44,529 bases of DNA, from contig JBBIPC010000025.1 of assembly GCA_037443035.1 (NCBI GenBank), positions 1 to 44,529 on the forward strand, given 5' to 3'. The notes beneath the pieces are model-generated. The model was not told where the DNA came from. It worked only from the letters and a program-made list of their open reading frames with translations, and did not search any database. Source of the DNA: Chthonomonadales bacterium (GTDB taxonomy: Bacteria > Armatimonadota > Chthonomonadetes > Chthonomonadales > CAJBBX01). Position 1 is the stretch's first letter; each line of letters starts with the position of its first letter. This document shows positions 25,299 through 35,444 of the stretch, one piece after another. Position numbers and translations under genes: made by a program.

Positions 25299-26726
25299 AT
25301 GAGTGTGGTCGTATGGCTACGGCACGACCTGCGTCTCCACGACAATCCGGCCCTCTATGCAGCGTCTATGGCCGGTACGGCCGTGGTGCCCGCGTTTGTC
25401 TGGGCGCCCGAGGACGAGGGTCCGTGGGCTCCTGGACCAGCAGCTCGATGGTGGCTGCAGCAGTCGCTGCGGTCGCTTTCTGCGGACCTGGAGCGGATCG
25501 GATCCAAGCTAGTGCTGCGTCGAGGTCCGGCGGCGCGGGTCTTGCCCACCCTCGCGCACGAGGTCCAAGCGGAGGCGGTCTATTGGAATCGTCGGTACGA
25601 GCCGGCCTCCGTAGCTACGGAACGAGCCGTCGAGCATAAGTTGCGCAAGATGGGCGTTCGCCTGGAAGCCCACGACGGTGCGCTTCTGCTGGAGCCTGGC
25701 TTCGGGCTGCGTGGCGACGGCACTCCCTACCGCGTATTCACGCACTTCTACCGAGCGGCGTTGCAGGAGCATCCCGCGGTCGGTACGCCTCACCTGGCGC
25801 CATCGAGGCTGCAGCCGCCGGATCGGTGGCCCGCGTCGGAACCACTGGAGAGTCTGGGGATTGCCAGGGTGGCTCCAGGTCTCCTGAGCAGCACGTGGCA
25901 GCCTGGCGAGCGCTCTGCCCTCCGGCGGCTGGAGGAGTTCGTGACGGACGGTCTTGCGCGGTATGGAGCTGAACGGGACTATCCAGGGCGGAACACCGTG
26001 TCGCGCCTTTCACCGCACCTGCACTTCGGCGAGATCAGCCCCCGCATAGTCTGGCAGACGGCAGCCAGCGTCCAAGGCTCCGAGCCGTTTCTTCGCCAGC
26101 TCATGTGGCGCGAGTTCGCCTACCACTTGCTCCGCCGATATCCCGAGACGCCCCAGGAGCCGCTCCTGGAAGAATATCGCCGTTTCCCGTGGTGCTCCGA
26201 CACCTCTTTCCTGAGCGTCTGGCAGGAAGGCACGACGGGGTTCCCCATCGTGGATGCGGGGATGCGTGAGCTAGCCGCCACCGGCTGGATGCACAACCGG
26301 GTACGGCTCATCGTGGCGTCGTTTCTCACGAAGGATCTGCTGATCCACTGGCTGTCAGGGGCGCGGCATTTCTGGGAGCGGCTCGTGGACGCCGATCTGG
26401 CGAACAACACCCTGGGCTGGCAGTGGACGGCCGGGTGTGGGGCCGACGCGGCGCCCTATTTCCGGATCTTCAACCCGACGATCCAGGGCATGCGCTTCGA
26501 CCCGGACGGCTCGTACGTGCGCGCGTGGGTGCCGGAGCTGAAAGGGCTTCCTGTGCCATGGATTCATCAGCCGTGGTTGGCTGCGCCGGCGGTTCTCGAG
26601 GCTGCGAACGTCCACTTGGGCAAGACGTATCCTGAGCCCATCGTGGATCATCACCAGGCGAGAGAGGCCGCCCTCGCGGCGTATGATCAGATGCGTAGGC
26701 GAGGATCGAGGACCCCCCTTCCATAG
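25299..26726 (+). CDS. phrB: Deoxyribodipyrimidine photolyase (cryptochrome/photolyase family)
   Basis: WLRHDLRLHDNPAL, SRLSPHLHFGEISPR, WREF, TGFPIVDAGMREL..TGWMHNRVR, DADLANNTLGWQW, YFRIFNP. Confidence 0.95.
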   Translation: MSVVVWLRHDLRLHDNPALYAASMAGTAVVPAFVWAPEDEGPWAPGPAARWWLQQSLRSLSADLERIGSKLVLRRGPAARVLPTLAHEVQAEAVYWNRRYEPASVATERAVEHKLRKMGVRLEAHDGALLLEPGFGLRGDGTPYRVFTHFYRAALQEHPAVGTPHLAPSRLQPPDRWPASEPLESLGIARVAPGLLSSTWQPGERSALRRLEEFVTDGLARYGAERDYPGRNTVSRLSPHLHFGEISPRIVWQTAASVQGSEPFLRQLMWREFAYHLLRRYPETPQEPLLEEYRRFPWCSDTSFLSVWQEGTTGFPIVDAGMRELAATGWMHNRVRLIVASFLTKDLLIHWLSGARHFWERLVDADLANNTLGWQWTAGCGADAAPYFRIFNPTIQGMRFDPDGSYVRAWVPELKGLPVPWIHQPWLAAPAVLEAANVHLGKTYPEPIVDHHQAREAALAAYDQMRRRGSRTPLP

Positions 26727-26741
26727 CATGCTAAGCTGCGA

Positions 26742-26773
26742 GACCATATTCGGCAGTAGCCGGCGATATGGTC
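26742..26773. terminator. Stem-loop downstream of photolyase (possible terminator or processing site)
   Basis: GACCATAT (26742-26749) pairs with ATATGGTC (26766-26773), with an inner CGGC/GCCG pair. No U-tract. Confidence 0.35.
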
Positions 26774-26800
26774 GCCCGCTTGCGTGGCGACGGGGACGAG

Positions 26801-26809
26801 TGCTATCAT
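26801..26809 (+). promoter_or_regulatory. Possible extended -10 promoter element for the ROK operon
   Basis: TGCTATCAT (TGnTAnnnT) about 70 nt upstream of the GTG start at 26878. Confidence 0.35.
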
Positions 26810-26877
26810 GAGAGCAGTTTCAGCGCAAGAGGCTTTGCCGCAGCGCTGGCATAGCAAGACCCTATGGGAGGTACGCC

Positions 26878-28275
26878 GTGACGCGTCTAGCTTCCCTAGA
26901 CATCCGACCCGCTATTGTCCCCCCGCTCGATCCGGAGTTCCTACCGGCATGCCTCGTAAACCGCGCACTGCGCACCCAAGCAGCAAGTTCGGGCGCCGTG
27001 CCGCTCCGCCTAGCACTGGAACGGACTGACGCTTCCATCTCCACCTATGAGACCGTCGTTCTGCACAGGACGTCGTCCTGCGCCGGTCTGAACCTCCCGT
27101 ATGCTGAACGCCTGGTGAAGTTCCTGCTATGGCAGAGGGGTGGCTGGAAGCTCTACGTAGGCGGTCCTCTGGAGATCGCGGAGCACTTGCGGGCTGTCTA
27201 TTCACCGCATGGCGCCCGAGCGTTCGACTACGAGTTCATGAGCAGTGTGTACGAGCGGCCGTTCACCGTCGTACATGCGCAGCCGGAGGACGTACCGGGT
27301 ACGAAGGAGACAACCTCGCCTCTTGGACGGCACCTCGACGGCTGCCGGGTCGGGTTCGACCTGGGCGCCAGCGACCGGAAGTCCAGCGCGGTAATCGACG
27401 GCGAGCCGGTATTCAGTGTGGAGGTGCCGTGGGATCCGCGGAACCAGTCGGACCCGAAGTACCACTTCGATGGTGTCATGGACTCCATCGAACGAGCCCG
27501 CGCCCACCTGCCCCGCCTGGACGCTGTGGGCGGCAGTGCTGCGGGTGTCTATATTGGCAACCGTGTCAGAGTCGCTTCGCTGTTCCGCGGCGTACCGAAG
27601 GAGATCTTCGAGGAACGTGTGGCGGGTATGTTCATCGAGATCGGGCGTCAGCTCGGAGTGCCGCTCGTCGTTGTCAATGACGGGGAGGTCACGGCCTTGG
27701 CGGGCTCCATGTCGCTGGAGGACAACCCCGTGCTGGGCATCGCCATGGGTTCCAGCCAGGCCGCCGGCTACGTCACCCCCGAAGGCAACATCACCGGCTG
27801 GCTGAACGAGCTGGCCTTCGCGCCCGTGGACTATCGCGAGGCCGCGCCTGTGGACGAGTGGTCGGGGGATCGTGGTTGCGGCGTGCAGTACTTCTCTCAG
27901 CAAGGAGCCATTCGCGTGGCGGAGTCGGCAGGCATGGTGTTCGAGGCTGGCCTGGACCTGCCGAGGAAACTAGAAGCGCTGCAGGCCAGGATGCTCACTG
28001 GCGATGAGTTGGCCACAAAGGTCTACGAGACGATCGGAGTCTACCTGGGCTATGCCGTGGCCCACTATGCCGACTTCTACCCGCTCAAGCACATCCTCGT
28101 GCTGGGGCGCGTGACGACAGGCCCAGGCGGCGATATTATCGTCGAACAAGCACAGCAAGTCCTGAAAACAGAGTTCCCGGAACTGGCGGAGCGGGTCTTC
28201 CTTGCCCTGCCTGACGAAAAATCCCGGCGGGTCGGTCAGTCCATTGCTGCCGCTAGTCTTCCGGAGGTCGAGTGA
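26878..28275 (+). CDS. ROK family sugar kinase with N-terminal extension
   Basis: VGFDLGASDRK (phosphate-1 motif), VVNDGEVTALAG, GIAMGSS.AAG, GWLNELAF; GGGAGG RBS. Confidence 0.85.
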   Translation: MTRLASLDIRPAIVPPLDPEFLPACLVNRALRTQAASSGAVPLRLALERTDASISTYETVVLHRTSSCAGLNLPYAERLVKFLLWQRGGWKLYVGGPLEIAEHLRAVYSPHGARAFDYEFMSSVYERPFTVVHAQPEDVPGTKETTSPLGRHLDGCRVGFDLGASDRKSSAVIDGEPVFSVEVPWDPRNQSDPKYHFDGVMDSIERARAHLPRLDAVGGSAAGVYIGNRVRVASLFRGVPKEIFEERVAGMFIEIGRQLGVPLVVVNDGEVTALAGSMSLEDNPVLGIAMGSSQAAGYVTPEGNITGWLNELAFAPVDYREAAPVDEWSGDRGCGVQYFSQQGAIRVAESAGMVFEAGLDLPRKLEALQARMLTGDELATKVYETIGVYLGYAVAHYADFYPLKHILVLGRVTTGPGGDIIVEQAQQVLKTEFPELAERVFLALPDEKSRRVGQSIAAASLPEVE

Positions 28276-28283
28276 GGATCGTG

Positions 28284-29132
28284 ATGAACTTCGGAAAGAT
28301 CACCGCAGAGGTTTTCGTGCCGGACGGCGTGCCCATCGAGGAGGCACTCGCCCGCACCACTCATCTTGCCGTAGGTGCGCATCAGGATGACCTGGAAATC
28401 ATGGCGCTAGAGGGCATCCTGGCCGGATTCGGGCGGTCCGACAATTGGTTCACTGGCGTCGTGGTCACGAATGGTGCGGGTAGTCCGCGGTCCGGTCTCT
28501 ATGCCGCCTATACCGACCTAGAGATGCAAGCCGTCCGTAGAAAGGAGCAGCGCAAGGCTGCGGTCGTGGGTGAGTATTCCGCTGTCGTCTTCCTCGACTA
28601 CAGCAGTGCGGAAGCCAAGGACCCTCTCAACACACAGCTTGTCTCAGACCTCGTCACCATTCTTGAAGCTGCCAAGCCCTCGGTCGTCTACACGCATAAC
28701 TTGGCCGACAAGCATCCCACACATGTAGCCAGTGCCCTCCGAACCCTGAAAGCCATTCGACAACTGCCCGTTGCCAGCCGTCCCGAACGTCTGTATGGCT
28801 GCGAAGTTTGGAGGGATCTGGACTGGCTGCCGGATGGGGCCAAGGTCATCTTCAAGCTCGATGAACACGACAACATCGCGTCGTCCCTTGTCGGCCTGTT
28901 CGACTCGCAAGTGGCAGGCGGCAAGCGCTACGACCTGGCTACCATGGGCCGGCGCCGCGCCAACGCCACCTATCTCGAGAGTCACGGCACCGACGAGAGC
29001 CAGTTCGTCAACTTCGGCATGGACCTGACGCCGCTCATCGCGGACGACGATGCCGATCCAGCGAGCTATGTAAGGGCTTATATTGACCGTTTCGCTGACG
29101 AGGTGACTGCTGCGCTGAAGAAACTAGGTTGA
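28284..29132 (+). CDS. PIG-L/LmbE family N-acetyl sugar deacetylase
   Basis: AVGAHQDDLE (HxDD), VTNGAGS, RRKEQRKAA, YTHNLADKHPTH. GAGGA RBS before GTG/ATG at 28281/28284. Confidence 0.85.
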   Translation: MNFGKITAEVFVPDGVPIEEALARTTHLAVGAHQDDLEIMALEGILAGFGRSDNWFTGVVVTNGAGSPRSGLYAAYTDLEMQAVRRKEQRKAAVVGEYSAVVFLDYSSAEAKDPLNTQLVSDLVTILEAAKPSVVYTHNLADKHPTHVASALRTLKAIRQLPVASRPERLYGCEVWRDLDWLPDGAKVIFKLDEHDNIASSLVGLFDSQVAGGKRYDLATMGRRRANATYLESHGTDESQFVNFGMDLTPLIADDDADPASYVRAYIDRFADEVTAALKKLG

Positions 29133-29231
29133 GTTGGCAGGTAGACTAACTGCCGCCTACGCGAATCGTGGGAGTGTAGCTCGCCCCTCTGGAGGGTGGA
29201 GGGGCACATATCGCTTTCTGGAGCCTGCCTG

Positions 29232-30521
29232 ATGCCGAAGTTCACAGTGGCGGACCGCCGTCGCGCCGAGGGTATTGCTTCGTTTTTCCGTGTACCGCAG
29301 CCTGTCCGCGCCCAGGTCTACAAGAACCGCGGGAACATGAGCCACGAGATGTACCTCGTAGCCGCCGGACCACGGGGCAAGACGAGTCACTATCTCCTTC
29401 AGCGGATGAACAACACCGTCTTCACCGACCCGCACGGAGTCGTAAAGGCGATGCAAGCATGTACTGCGGCTCAGAAGCAGTATCTGGCAGAACATCCTCT
29501 CCCACCGGACGTCCGTTGGGACACTGTGGAGCTGGTACCAGCCGCCCACGGCGGTCCCATTCTCGAGCTGCTGGATGACGAGTCCATGAGCTTCTGGAGG
29601 ATGATGGTCCTCATCGGGGATACGGTCTGCTACAAGAGCCTGCAGGATGTCCCAAGTCGGGAGGAACAGCTTCGCGTGGCAGAACAGGCCGGACGGGGGC
29701 TGGCCATATTCGGGGACCTGACCTCCGGTCTGGATCCCTCGACCATCAGCAACCCACTTCCCGGCTATAGGGACACTCGCTTGTACTATGCGCAGCTAGA
29801 CTCCGTCATGCGGGGGTGTCGCTCTCTAGAAGAAGCGCGGCCCTTCCTGCCTGAGGAATCGTCGGTCCGGGAGTCGACCCAGTTCCACTTCCTCGTGCAT
29901 CTCGACGAGGACGCGTACATGTCCCGCATGAACGAGCCTGACCTCCAGCCGTTCATTGATATAGCCCTGGAGAACAGAGAGTACGCCCTCACCCTCCTCC
30001 GCCTGAAGGACCGCGGCGCCATCCGGACAGTGGCCATCCACGGCGATACGAAGCTGGACAACTTCCTTTTCGATGCCACGAACGGCTCCGTGCGCGCATT
30101 GGTGGATCTCGACACGATAATGCCGCATACCTGGCTGGCGGATTGGGGCGATATGGCCAGGTCGCTCGTGAATGTCGTGGGCGAAGTAGAGCCGGACCTG
30201 AACAAGGTGCAAGTGGACGTGGGAGTGTTCCATGCCCTTGCTCGAGGGTTCCTCGGTGCGGCGCGAGAGATCACCGGGACCGAAATCGAGCTCATGGTGG
30301 ATGCGGCGCAGATACTCGCCCTGGAGCTTGGCGTTCGCTTCCTGACGGACTACCTCCGCGGCGACACGTATTTCAAGATCGCCCCGGACGGGCCACCGGA
30401 TCTGAACAAGATTCGTGCCAAGGTCCAGCTTACGCTGTTCCAGCGTCTAGCCAAGCATGCGCCGGCCATGCGGGACTGCATCGAGGAATGCGCGGCCAGG
30501 CGAGCGCACGCTCCCAACTGA
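29232..30521 (+). CDS. APH-superfamily phosphotransferase, N-acetylhexosamine 1-kinase (NahK)-like
   Basis: YLLQRMNNTVF, IHGDTKLDNFLFD, VDLDTIMP, DWGDMARS, ELGVRFLTDYL.GDTYFK. GTG 29196 is an alternative start. Confidence 0.8.
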   Translation: MPKFTVADRRRAEGIASFFRVPQPVRAQVYKNRGNMSHEMYLVAAGPRGKTSHYLLQRMNNTVFTDPHGVVKAMQACTAAQKQYLAEHPLPPDVRWDTVELVPAAHGGPILELLDDESMSFWRMMVLIGDTVCYKSLQDVPSREEQLRVAEQAGRGLAIFGDLTSGLDPSTISNPLPGYRDTRLYYAQLDSVMRGCRSLEEARPFLPEESSVRESTQFHFLVHLDEDAYMSRMNEPDLQPFIDIALENREYALTLLRLKDRGAIRTVAIHGDTKLDNFLFDATNGSVRALVDLDTIMPHTWLADWGDMARSLVNVVGEVEPDLNKVQVDVGVFHALARGFLGAAREITGTEIELMVDAAQILALELGVRFLTDYLRGDTYFKIAPDGPPDLNKIRAKVQLTLFQRLAKHAPAMRDCIEECAARRAHAPN

Positions 30522-30545
30522 TTCGCCTTCGCGAAAATCGGCCGT

Positions 30546-33395
30546 CTAGTCCGGCACCTCGACCTCGTACAGGATGCGTGCCTTGCCGCCGGCGTCCACG
30601 CTCAGAGGAATGACCAGCGCTCCTGTCTCGACCCTGGTCGCGATAGGCGCCATACGTCTGCCACCGGTCGTCAATCCCCAGACCTTGGCTTTGGCCGCAT
30701 TCCTGATGCGCAGCGTCACGGTCGCCTGACCGTTCAACACGAGGTGGGGCACCGAACCCCATTCAAGTAGTAGCCGCCGGTCTCGGTCCCCGTAGCGCGT
30801 GCCGCTGTTCTGAAGGTCCGTCAAGTGCGTGATGAGCAGACGCTTGCTCGACGCGATAGGCGCGCCGTCCACACTGGAAACCCAGACCGTCGCGTCCGTC
30901 TTCCCGATCTCCACGTCCAAGGCTGCCGTGCGGATCCGGGAGCCTTCGGGCGCGTAGCCACCCGCTGTCCGTGCAGTATCGAGGGTGAGCATGTCAGCAG
31001 GAGCGTCCACGGTCAGCTCGCCCGTGTCGCTCTGGAAAACCGGACCGTCCCACGTCGTGCGATTCGCTCCAGGCAGCCAGCCCCGCTTCTTCATTTCTGC
31101 CAGGATTCGCTCACCAGCATCTCCTGCGAAGGGATCTGTCAGCCGCCCGGACAGGGCGTTCTTGTCGGCCCAGCCGAGTGGTAGTGCGAGCGTGTTCGGT
31201 CGAGGCCTCGAATCGGGTAGGTAGCCGATACGAGCCACCCAGGCAAGACCGTGCCAACCTGGTATCGCGGATCTTGCCGATGCAGGGCTCTTGAGAACAT
31301 CCTCGGGCGTCGCCACGATGGCCACGGCAGCCTTGGCCGGCCTCAAGTCTCCGCGACGAAACAGACAGACAGACGCCCGCTCCGCCGCCATGTTCAACGG
31401 GTCAGACGCCACGTCGAAGTACCCGAGAGGTCCAGGTTGGAACAGGTTGTCGCGCGTGTGACTGTAGGCGAACCTCCAGATGACAGACCAATCCTGAACG
31501 GCACCCAGCGCGCCTGTCAGGATGCCGCCCACGCCTCGGAAGCGACCTGGGGCCGAGTAGTTGAACTCACTGACGGTGAAGGGTCGGTCGAACAGGCGTA
31601 GCGCCGCGCAGTTGCGGCCACCCGGTGCTCCCGCTGCCACAGGGCTGGTGTTGGGACATCGAGAGGGCAGACTCCACGGTCTCTCCACGAACTCGGGATG
31701 GTCCACATAGAAATGGTCGTCGACGTAACCGAAATGCGTGCGCGTGGCCTGGAGCTGTAGAGGGTTTGTCCAGGCATTCATGTTCGTGAGCAGGGCTGAG
31801 CACTTCAGCTCGCGCAGGAAGGCGCGGACGCGCTCCAGGAGGGCAGTCTGGTTCTCTGCGAGGAATACCTCGAAGGTCAGGCGTGCCCGCTCATTCGTGG
31901 GCGGAAACGGATCTGCCGCCGCCGCACCACCCAGCGCCTCCACCCGCTTGGCAGCATCCGGGTACGTCCGTGTAAGCCAGTCTTGCCAAGCTCGCACCCA
32001 GTCCGCCTTGAGGCGCGGTGTCAGACTGCCGATGAAGTTGCCTGGATTCCCCTCGTTGATCAGACTGAGCCAGGCCAGCGCTGGATCCTGGGCCCAGGTG
32101 ATGCCCGTGTACGGGTTGACGTGCCCCAAGAGGGCTGTAGCGAACGCTTTGTAGTTGGCGAAAGCACGATCGTTCACCGGAACGGCCATCTTGAACTCGT
32201 CCATTCCGACGTCGCCGGGCTCGCCAGGCCATACTTCCGAAGCGAACACGGGCCGCGACACGTAGAGGTCCGTCGTAATGTAGATGCCTCGCTTCTTCAA
32301 GGCCGCGAACAGGTAATCCAGTTGATCGAGCTTCTGGGGATTGAGGGTGACACTGTTGCCACCCGACCGGTCCACCAGCTCCGATTCGTAGTGGTGGAAT
32401 CGGATGGCGTTGTAGCCCAGCATGCGTAGGCGTTCGGCAAGGAGGTCGGCCTGCTCATGAGTGATGTAATGGGCACTGAAGCAGAGGTTGGCACCATAGA
32501 AACGAACGGGCTGGCCCGGCTGCTTCGCGAAGGCCATGTGCCCGTCGGACGTGGCAATGACGGGACCCAGAGCGCCCGCGGGCGCATGCCAGGGCACGAT
32601 CTTGCTGAAGTCCAGCACGGAGCCGGGCTGGACATCCAGCTCCACATCGAGGGGTAGCCAATCGGTTCCGGCAGTGATTCTTACGGGTTGGTCGTACTCC
32701 ACTTTGACACCTCCCGGAGAGGACAGAGTGAACCTTATCTCGAGGGGTTTTCCCGCTGGCCAGGCTTCGTTCCCGTCCATCTGCGGACCGATGCGCACGC
32801 TGAACGTCGGTCCCCACTGGCGATTGTCCTGGAGCAACACAGGCGTCGGAGCGGTGAAGACCATGCGAAGGGTCTGGCCGCTGCGGGTGCGGATAGCAAG
32901 GTCGCGGGTTGGCGCCGATCGCAGGTGTACCGAACCGAACTGGCCCGGGAACTGGCCGGCCTGGCCATCGGCGCTGTAGGACCCGCCTGCAAGGACCTCT
33001 GCTGGTAGGTCGAAGGTGACGTGCAGGCTGTTCAGCCGGATGGCTTCCCTAGGCGTCAGACGGTAGGCGAAGGCGACGCCCTCTTGGACAGCCTGTATCC
33101 GGGTCTCGACGTCCACAACAGCTCCACCAGGCGCCCGAATGGTGCCCAGGAAGCTGCCGGTAGACCCCTCGGGCCGACGTGCCGTTCCAGATAGCGAAGC
33201 TCCGCGCCAAACCGCTTCGTGGAGGCCAGGTTCGAAGGTGCCAATGCTCCTTCGCCCAAAGCGAACAGAGGCCCGACCGGTGGTCTCTACCATGACGGAG
33301 CAAGGTGCCTCGCTCTGTCCGCCAGCGCCCCGAGCATAGGCCAACATGCCCAGCAAGATCGTTATTGCACCCGTCAGACAGTGTACCGTTCTCAT
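30546..33395 (-). CDS. Large secreted clan GH-A (GH5-like) glycoside hydrolase
   Basis: Signal peptide; RFYGANL, LGYNAIRFHH, LDQLDYLFAALKKRGIY, HVNPYTG, LINEGN, DDHFYVDHP, FTVSEFNY; GGAGG RBS. Confidence 0.78.
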   Translation of the reverse strand: MRTVHCLTGAITILLGMLAYARGAGGQSEAPCSVMVETTGRASVRFGRRSIGTFEPGLHEAVWRGASLSGTARRPEGSTGSFLGTIRAPGGAVVDVETRIQAVQEGVAFAYRLTPREAIRLNSLHVTFDLPAEVLAGGSYSADGQAGQFPGQFGSVHLRSAPTRDLAIRTRSGQTLRMVFTAPTPVLLQDNRQWGPTFSVRIGPQMDGNEAWPAGKPLEIRFTLSSPGGVKVEYDQPVRITAGTDWLPLDVELDVQPGSVLDFSKIVPWHAPAGALGPVIATSDGHMAFAKQPGQPVRFYGANLCFSAHYITHEQADLLAERLRMLGYNAIRFHHYESELVDRSGGNSVTLNPQKLDQLDYLFAALKKRGIYITTDLYVSRPVFASEVWPGEPGDVGMDEFKMAVPVNDRAFANYKAFATALLGHVNPYTGITWAQDPALAWLSLINEGNPGNFIGSLTPRLKADWVRAWQDWLTRTYPDAAKRVEALGGAAAADPFPPTNERARLTFEVFLAENQTALLERVRAFLRELKCSALLTNMNAWTNPLQLQATRTHFGYVDDHFYVDHPEFVERPWSLPSRCPNTSPVAAGAPGGRNCAALRLFDRPFTVSEFNYSAPGRFRGVGGILTGALGAVQDWSVIWRFAYSHTRDNLFQPGPLGYFDVASDPLNMAAERASVCLFRRGDLRPAKAAVAIVATPEDVLKSPASARSAIPGWHGLAWVARIGYLPDSRPRPNTLALPLGWADKNALSGRLTDPFAGDAGERILAEMKKRGWLPGANRTTWDGPVFQSDTGELTVDAPADMLTLDTARTAGGYAPEGSRIRTAALDVEIGKTDATVWVSSVDGAPIASSKRLLITHLTDLQNSGTRYGDRDRRLLLEWGSVPHLVLNGQATVTLRIRNAAKAKVWGLTTGGRRMAPIATRVETGALVIPLSVDAGGKARILYEVEVPD

Positions 33396-33558
33396 CGCAT
33401 CCTCCTGCCAAGGGTCTGCTCGCCAGCACCCGTCCTAGCCCGATCATGCGCCGCCTGCATCGGGCTCTGCAGTCTATCCTACCACGCCGCGTAGCCGGTT
33501 GTGGAACCGAGCGAGGCACCGGTACCGGACCGTAGACTTGAGCAACCATGAGCCGCGA

Positions 33559-34785
33559 TCAGTACCGGTCAGGCAGATACATGTGAGGGTACCGCATGGG
33601 AAACAGGGCGCTGACTATCTGGCGCACACGTGGGGGAGTCGAGTAGGAGCTGCGCGAGAGGACCTCTTCGGGAGGGAGTGCCCCCAGAGCGAGCTTGGCG
33701 AGTTGGCTGCGGTCCGTGCGCCACACAGTACCACCTGCGGTAATCGCGCTGCTTGCCGTGACGCCACCCTCGATGCGCAGACCACCTTCCACCATACCCA
33801 TGCAAACGATCTGATCTTCGGTCTCCACAATCAGTGGGCGGCTGAGACGCACACCCGCATCTCTCAGGCGCGCAAGGAGCTCCTCTTTCATGCCCTCGAG
33901 CAAGCGTCCGGCATCCAGCACGACAGCCATCGAACCGCCGGAGGCGCTGAAGGCCCTTACTAGGCGGGTGGATCGGCGCATGGCAGCGTGCGCGATAGGC
34001 GTATCGTGGGGCACTGGTAGAAGAGCAGGCAGGCGTGTCCCGTCCTGCGCGAAGCTGTTCCGCGCGCAATACGCCAGGATTGCTTCCGCAGCCTCAGCAG
34101 CTATCGCCATGGCCTCGCCCCAGACGCAGTAGCCCGGCTCGTCTCTCTCCAACACGTCCACTGCCCAGAAACCCCGACCACGACGTAGATAGCCCCCTAC
34201 GCTTCCGTCAGGGCCGACTGCCAGAATGCACTCGCGCGGATCTTCCTCAGCCAATCGCCGCGCCAGGGTGCGCCATGGGTACGCGTTCTCCTGCCGAACC
34301 ACAGCACCTACACTGGCGCGGATGACCTCGTCGTAGATCCTGCGCAGAGCAGGAAGGTCCTCGGTACATGCTGGTCGGAGGGACCATCCTGTGGGCAGCT
34401 CGGCCGCAGGATCCGGCGGGACAATGATCGCATGTTCGGGACCCGCCTGCGTGTATCCGAAACGCTCGTAGAAGTCGGCGATGCCGTAGAGCATAGACAA
34501 GCATGCGTCAGCGGATTGCATTTGGCGAACGGCAGCCCAAAGGACGCGTGCCGCATATCCACGCAGTCGGTATTCGGTTTCCGTGCCCACACCGCCGATC
34601 CCATCCATGCGCACCACAGACCGGCCGATGCGGATGCGCTGGCGTACGATCCAGCAGCGGCTTATGGAACGTCCGTCTACCCACAGTTCCACGCGTGTGC
34701 TGCGGCCGTCACCTTCCGCGGTGAAGGTAATCGCAGGGTCCTCGCTGTCCCGTTGTGGTCTTTGCGGGTCGCAAGACTCGTCCAT
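33559..34785 (-). CDS. GNAT family acetyltransferase, Eis-like
   Basis: GIGGVGTETEYRLRGYA (acetyl-CoA binding motif A), SMLYGIADFYERFGY; tandem GNAT plus C-terminal SCP2-like region ending LFP. Confidence 0.82.
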   Translation of the reverse strand: MDESCDPQRPQRDSEDPAITFTAEGDGRSTRVELWVDGRSISRCWIVRQRIRIGRSVVRMDGIGGVGTETEYRLRGYAARVLWAAVRQMQSADACLSMLYGIADFYERFGYTQAGPEHAIIVPPDPAAELPTGWSLRPACTEDLPALRRIYDEVIRASVGAVVRQENAYPWRTLARRLAEEDPRECILAVGPDGSVGGYLRRGRGFWAVDVLERDEPGYCVWGEAMAIAAEAAEAILAYCARNSFAQDGTRLPALLPVPHDTPIAHAAMRRSTRLVRAFSASGGSMAVVLDAGRLLEGMKEELLARLRDAGVRLSRPLIVETEDQIVCMGMVEGGLRIEGGVTASSAITAGGTVWRTDRSQLAKLALGALPPEEVLSRSSYSTPPRVRQIVSALFPMRYPHMYLPDRY

Positions 34786-34915
34786 CGGTGCTGCAGATTA
34801 CCCCCGTCGTAAGTCCTTCCCTACCGTCATCGAGGAGGAACGTGCGCGTGGAGCAGGACAGGACGCCGCTCGGCCAGAATACCATCTCGAGAACGAGATC
34901 GTAGGAGGTTCAGCC

Positions 34916-35422
34916 ATGCTTACGCGTGTTGATCCTGAAGCGCTATCGGATAACCCATTCAAGCTCATCGCTCGTGACTGGATGCTCATCACTGCTGGAC
35001 CGCTGGGCAGCTTCAACACCATGACCGCAAGCTGGGGAGGGCTGGGCCATATCTGGGGCAAGAACGTATGCTGGTGCGTCATTCGCCCAGGTCGTTACAC
35101 ATTCCAGTTCATGGAGCGCAATGAGGTCTTTACCCTGTCCTTCTTCCGCGAGGAGCACCGGGGTGCACTCGATCTGCTGGGCTCCCGTTCAGGTAGGGAC
35201 GGAGACAAGGTAGCAGCATCAGGCCTTACGCCCGTCGAGGGGCCGGTGGCTGGCACCACGACCTTCGCCGAAGCGAGGCTGGTTCTTGCCTGCAGGAAGA
35301 TCTATTGGCATGACATTGATCCTTCCCACTTCCTTCTGCCGGAAATCCATGATAACTATCCGAACAAGGATTACCACCGCATGTACATGGGCGAGATTCT
35401 AGAATCTCTTCTCGATACTTAG
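34916..35422 (+). CDS. Flavin reductase-like (flavoredoxin) protein
   Basis: WMLITAG..FNTMTASWGG, RPGRYT, GSRSGRDGDK, DYHRMYMGEI; AGGAGG RBS before ATG 34916. Confidence 0.88.
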   Translation: MLTRVDPEALSDNPFKLIARDWMLITAGPLGSFNTMTASWGGLGHIWGKNVCWCVIRPGRYTFQFMERNEVFTLSFFREEHRGALDLLGSRSGRDGDKVAASGLTPVEGPVAGTTTFAEARLVLACRKIYWHDIDPSHFLLPEIHDNYPNKDYHRMYMGEILESLLDT

Positions 35423-35444
35423 CTGAGAGGGATTCGTTCTTCTC

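Noticed and set aside
26727..26877. Possible glmS-type ribozyme or riboswitch before the amino-sugar genes
   Set aside because: Hairpins are present but I could not match a known consensus; an Rfam/Infernal search would be needed.
29232..30521. Aminoglycoside resistance kinase
   Set aside because: The motifs (HGDTKLDN, DLDTIMP, RFLTDYL.GD.YFK) and the neighbouring ROK and PIG-L genes fit the NahK-like sugar kinase branch better.
34583..34915. N-terminal extension of the flavin reductase ORF
   Set aside because: Overlaps the divergent GNAT gene; a strong AGGAGG RBS supports ATG 34916.
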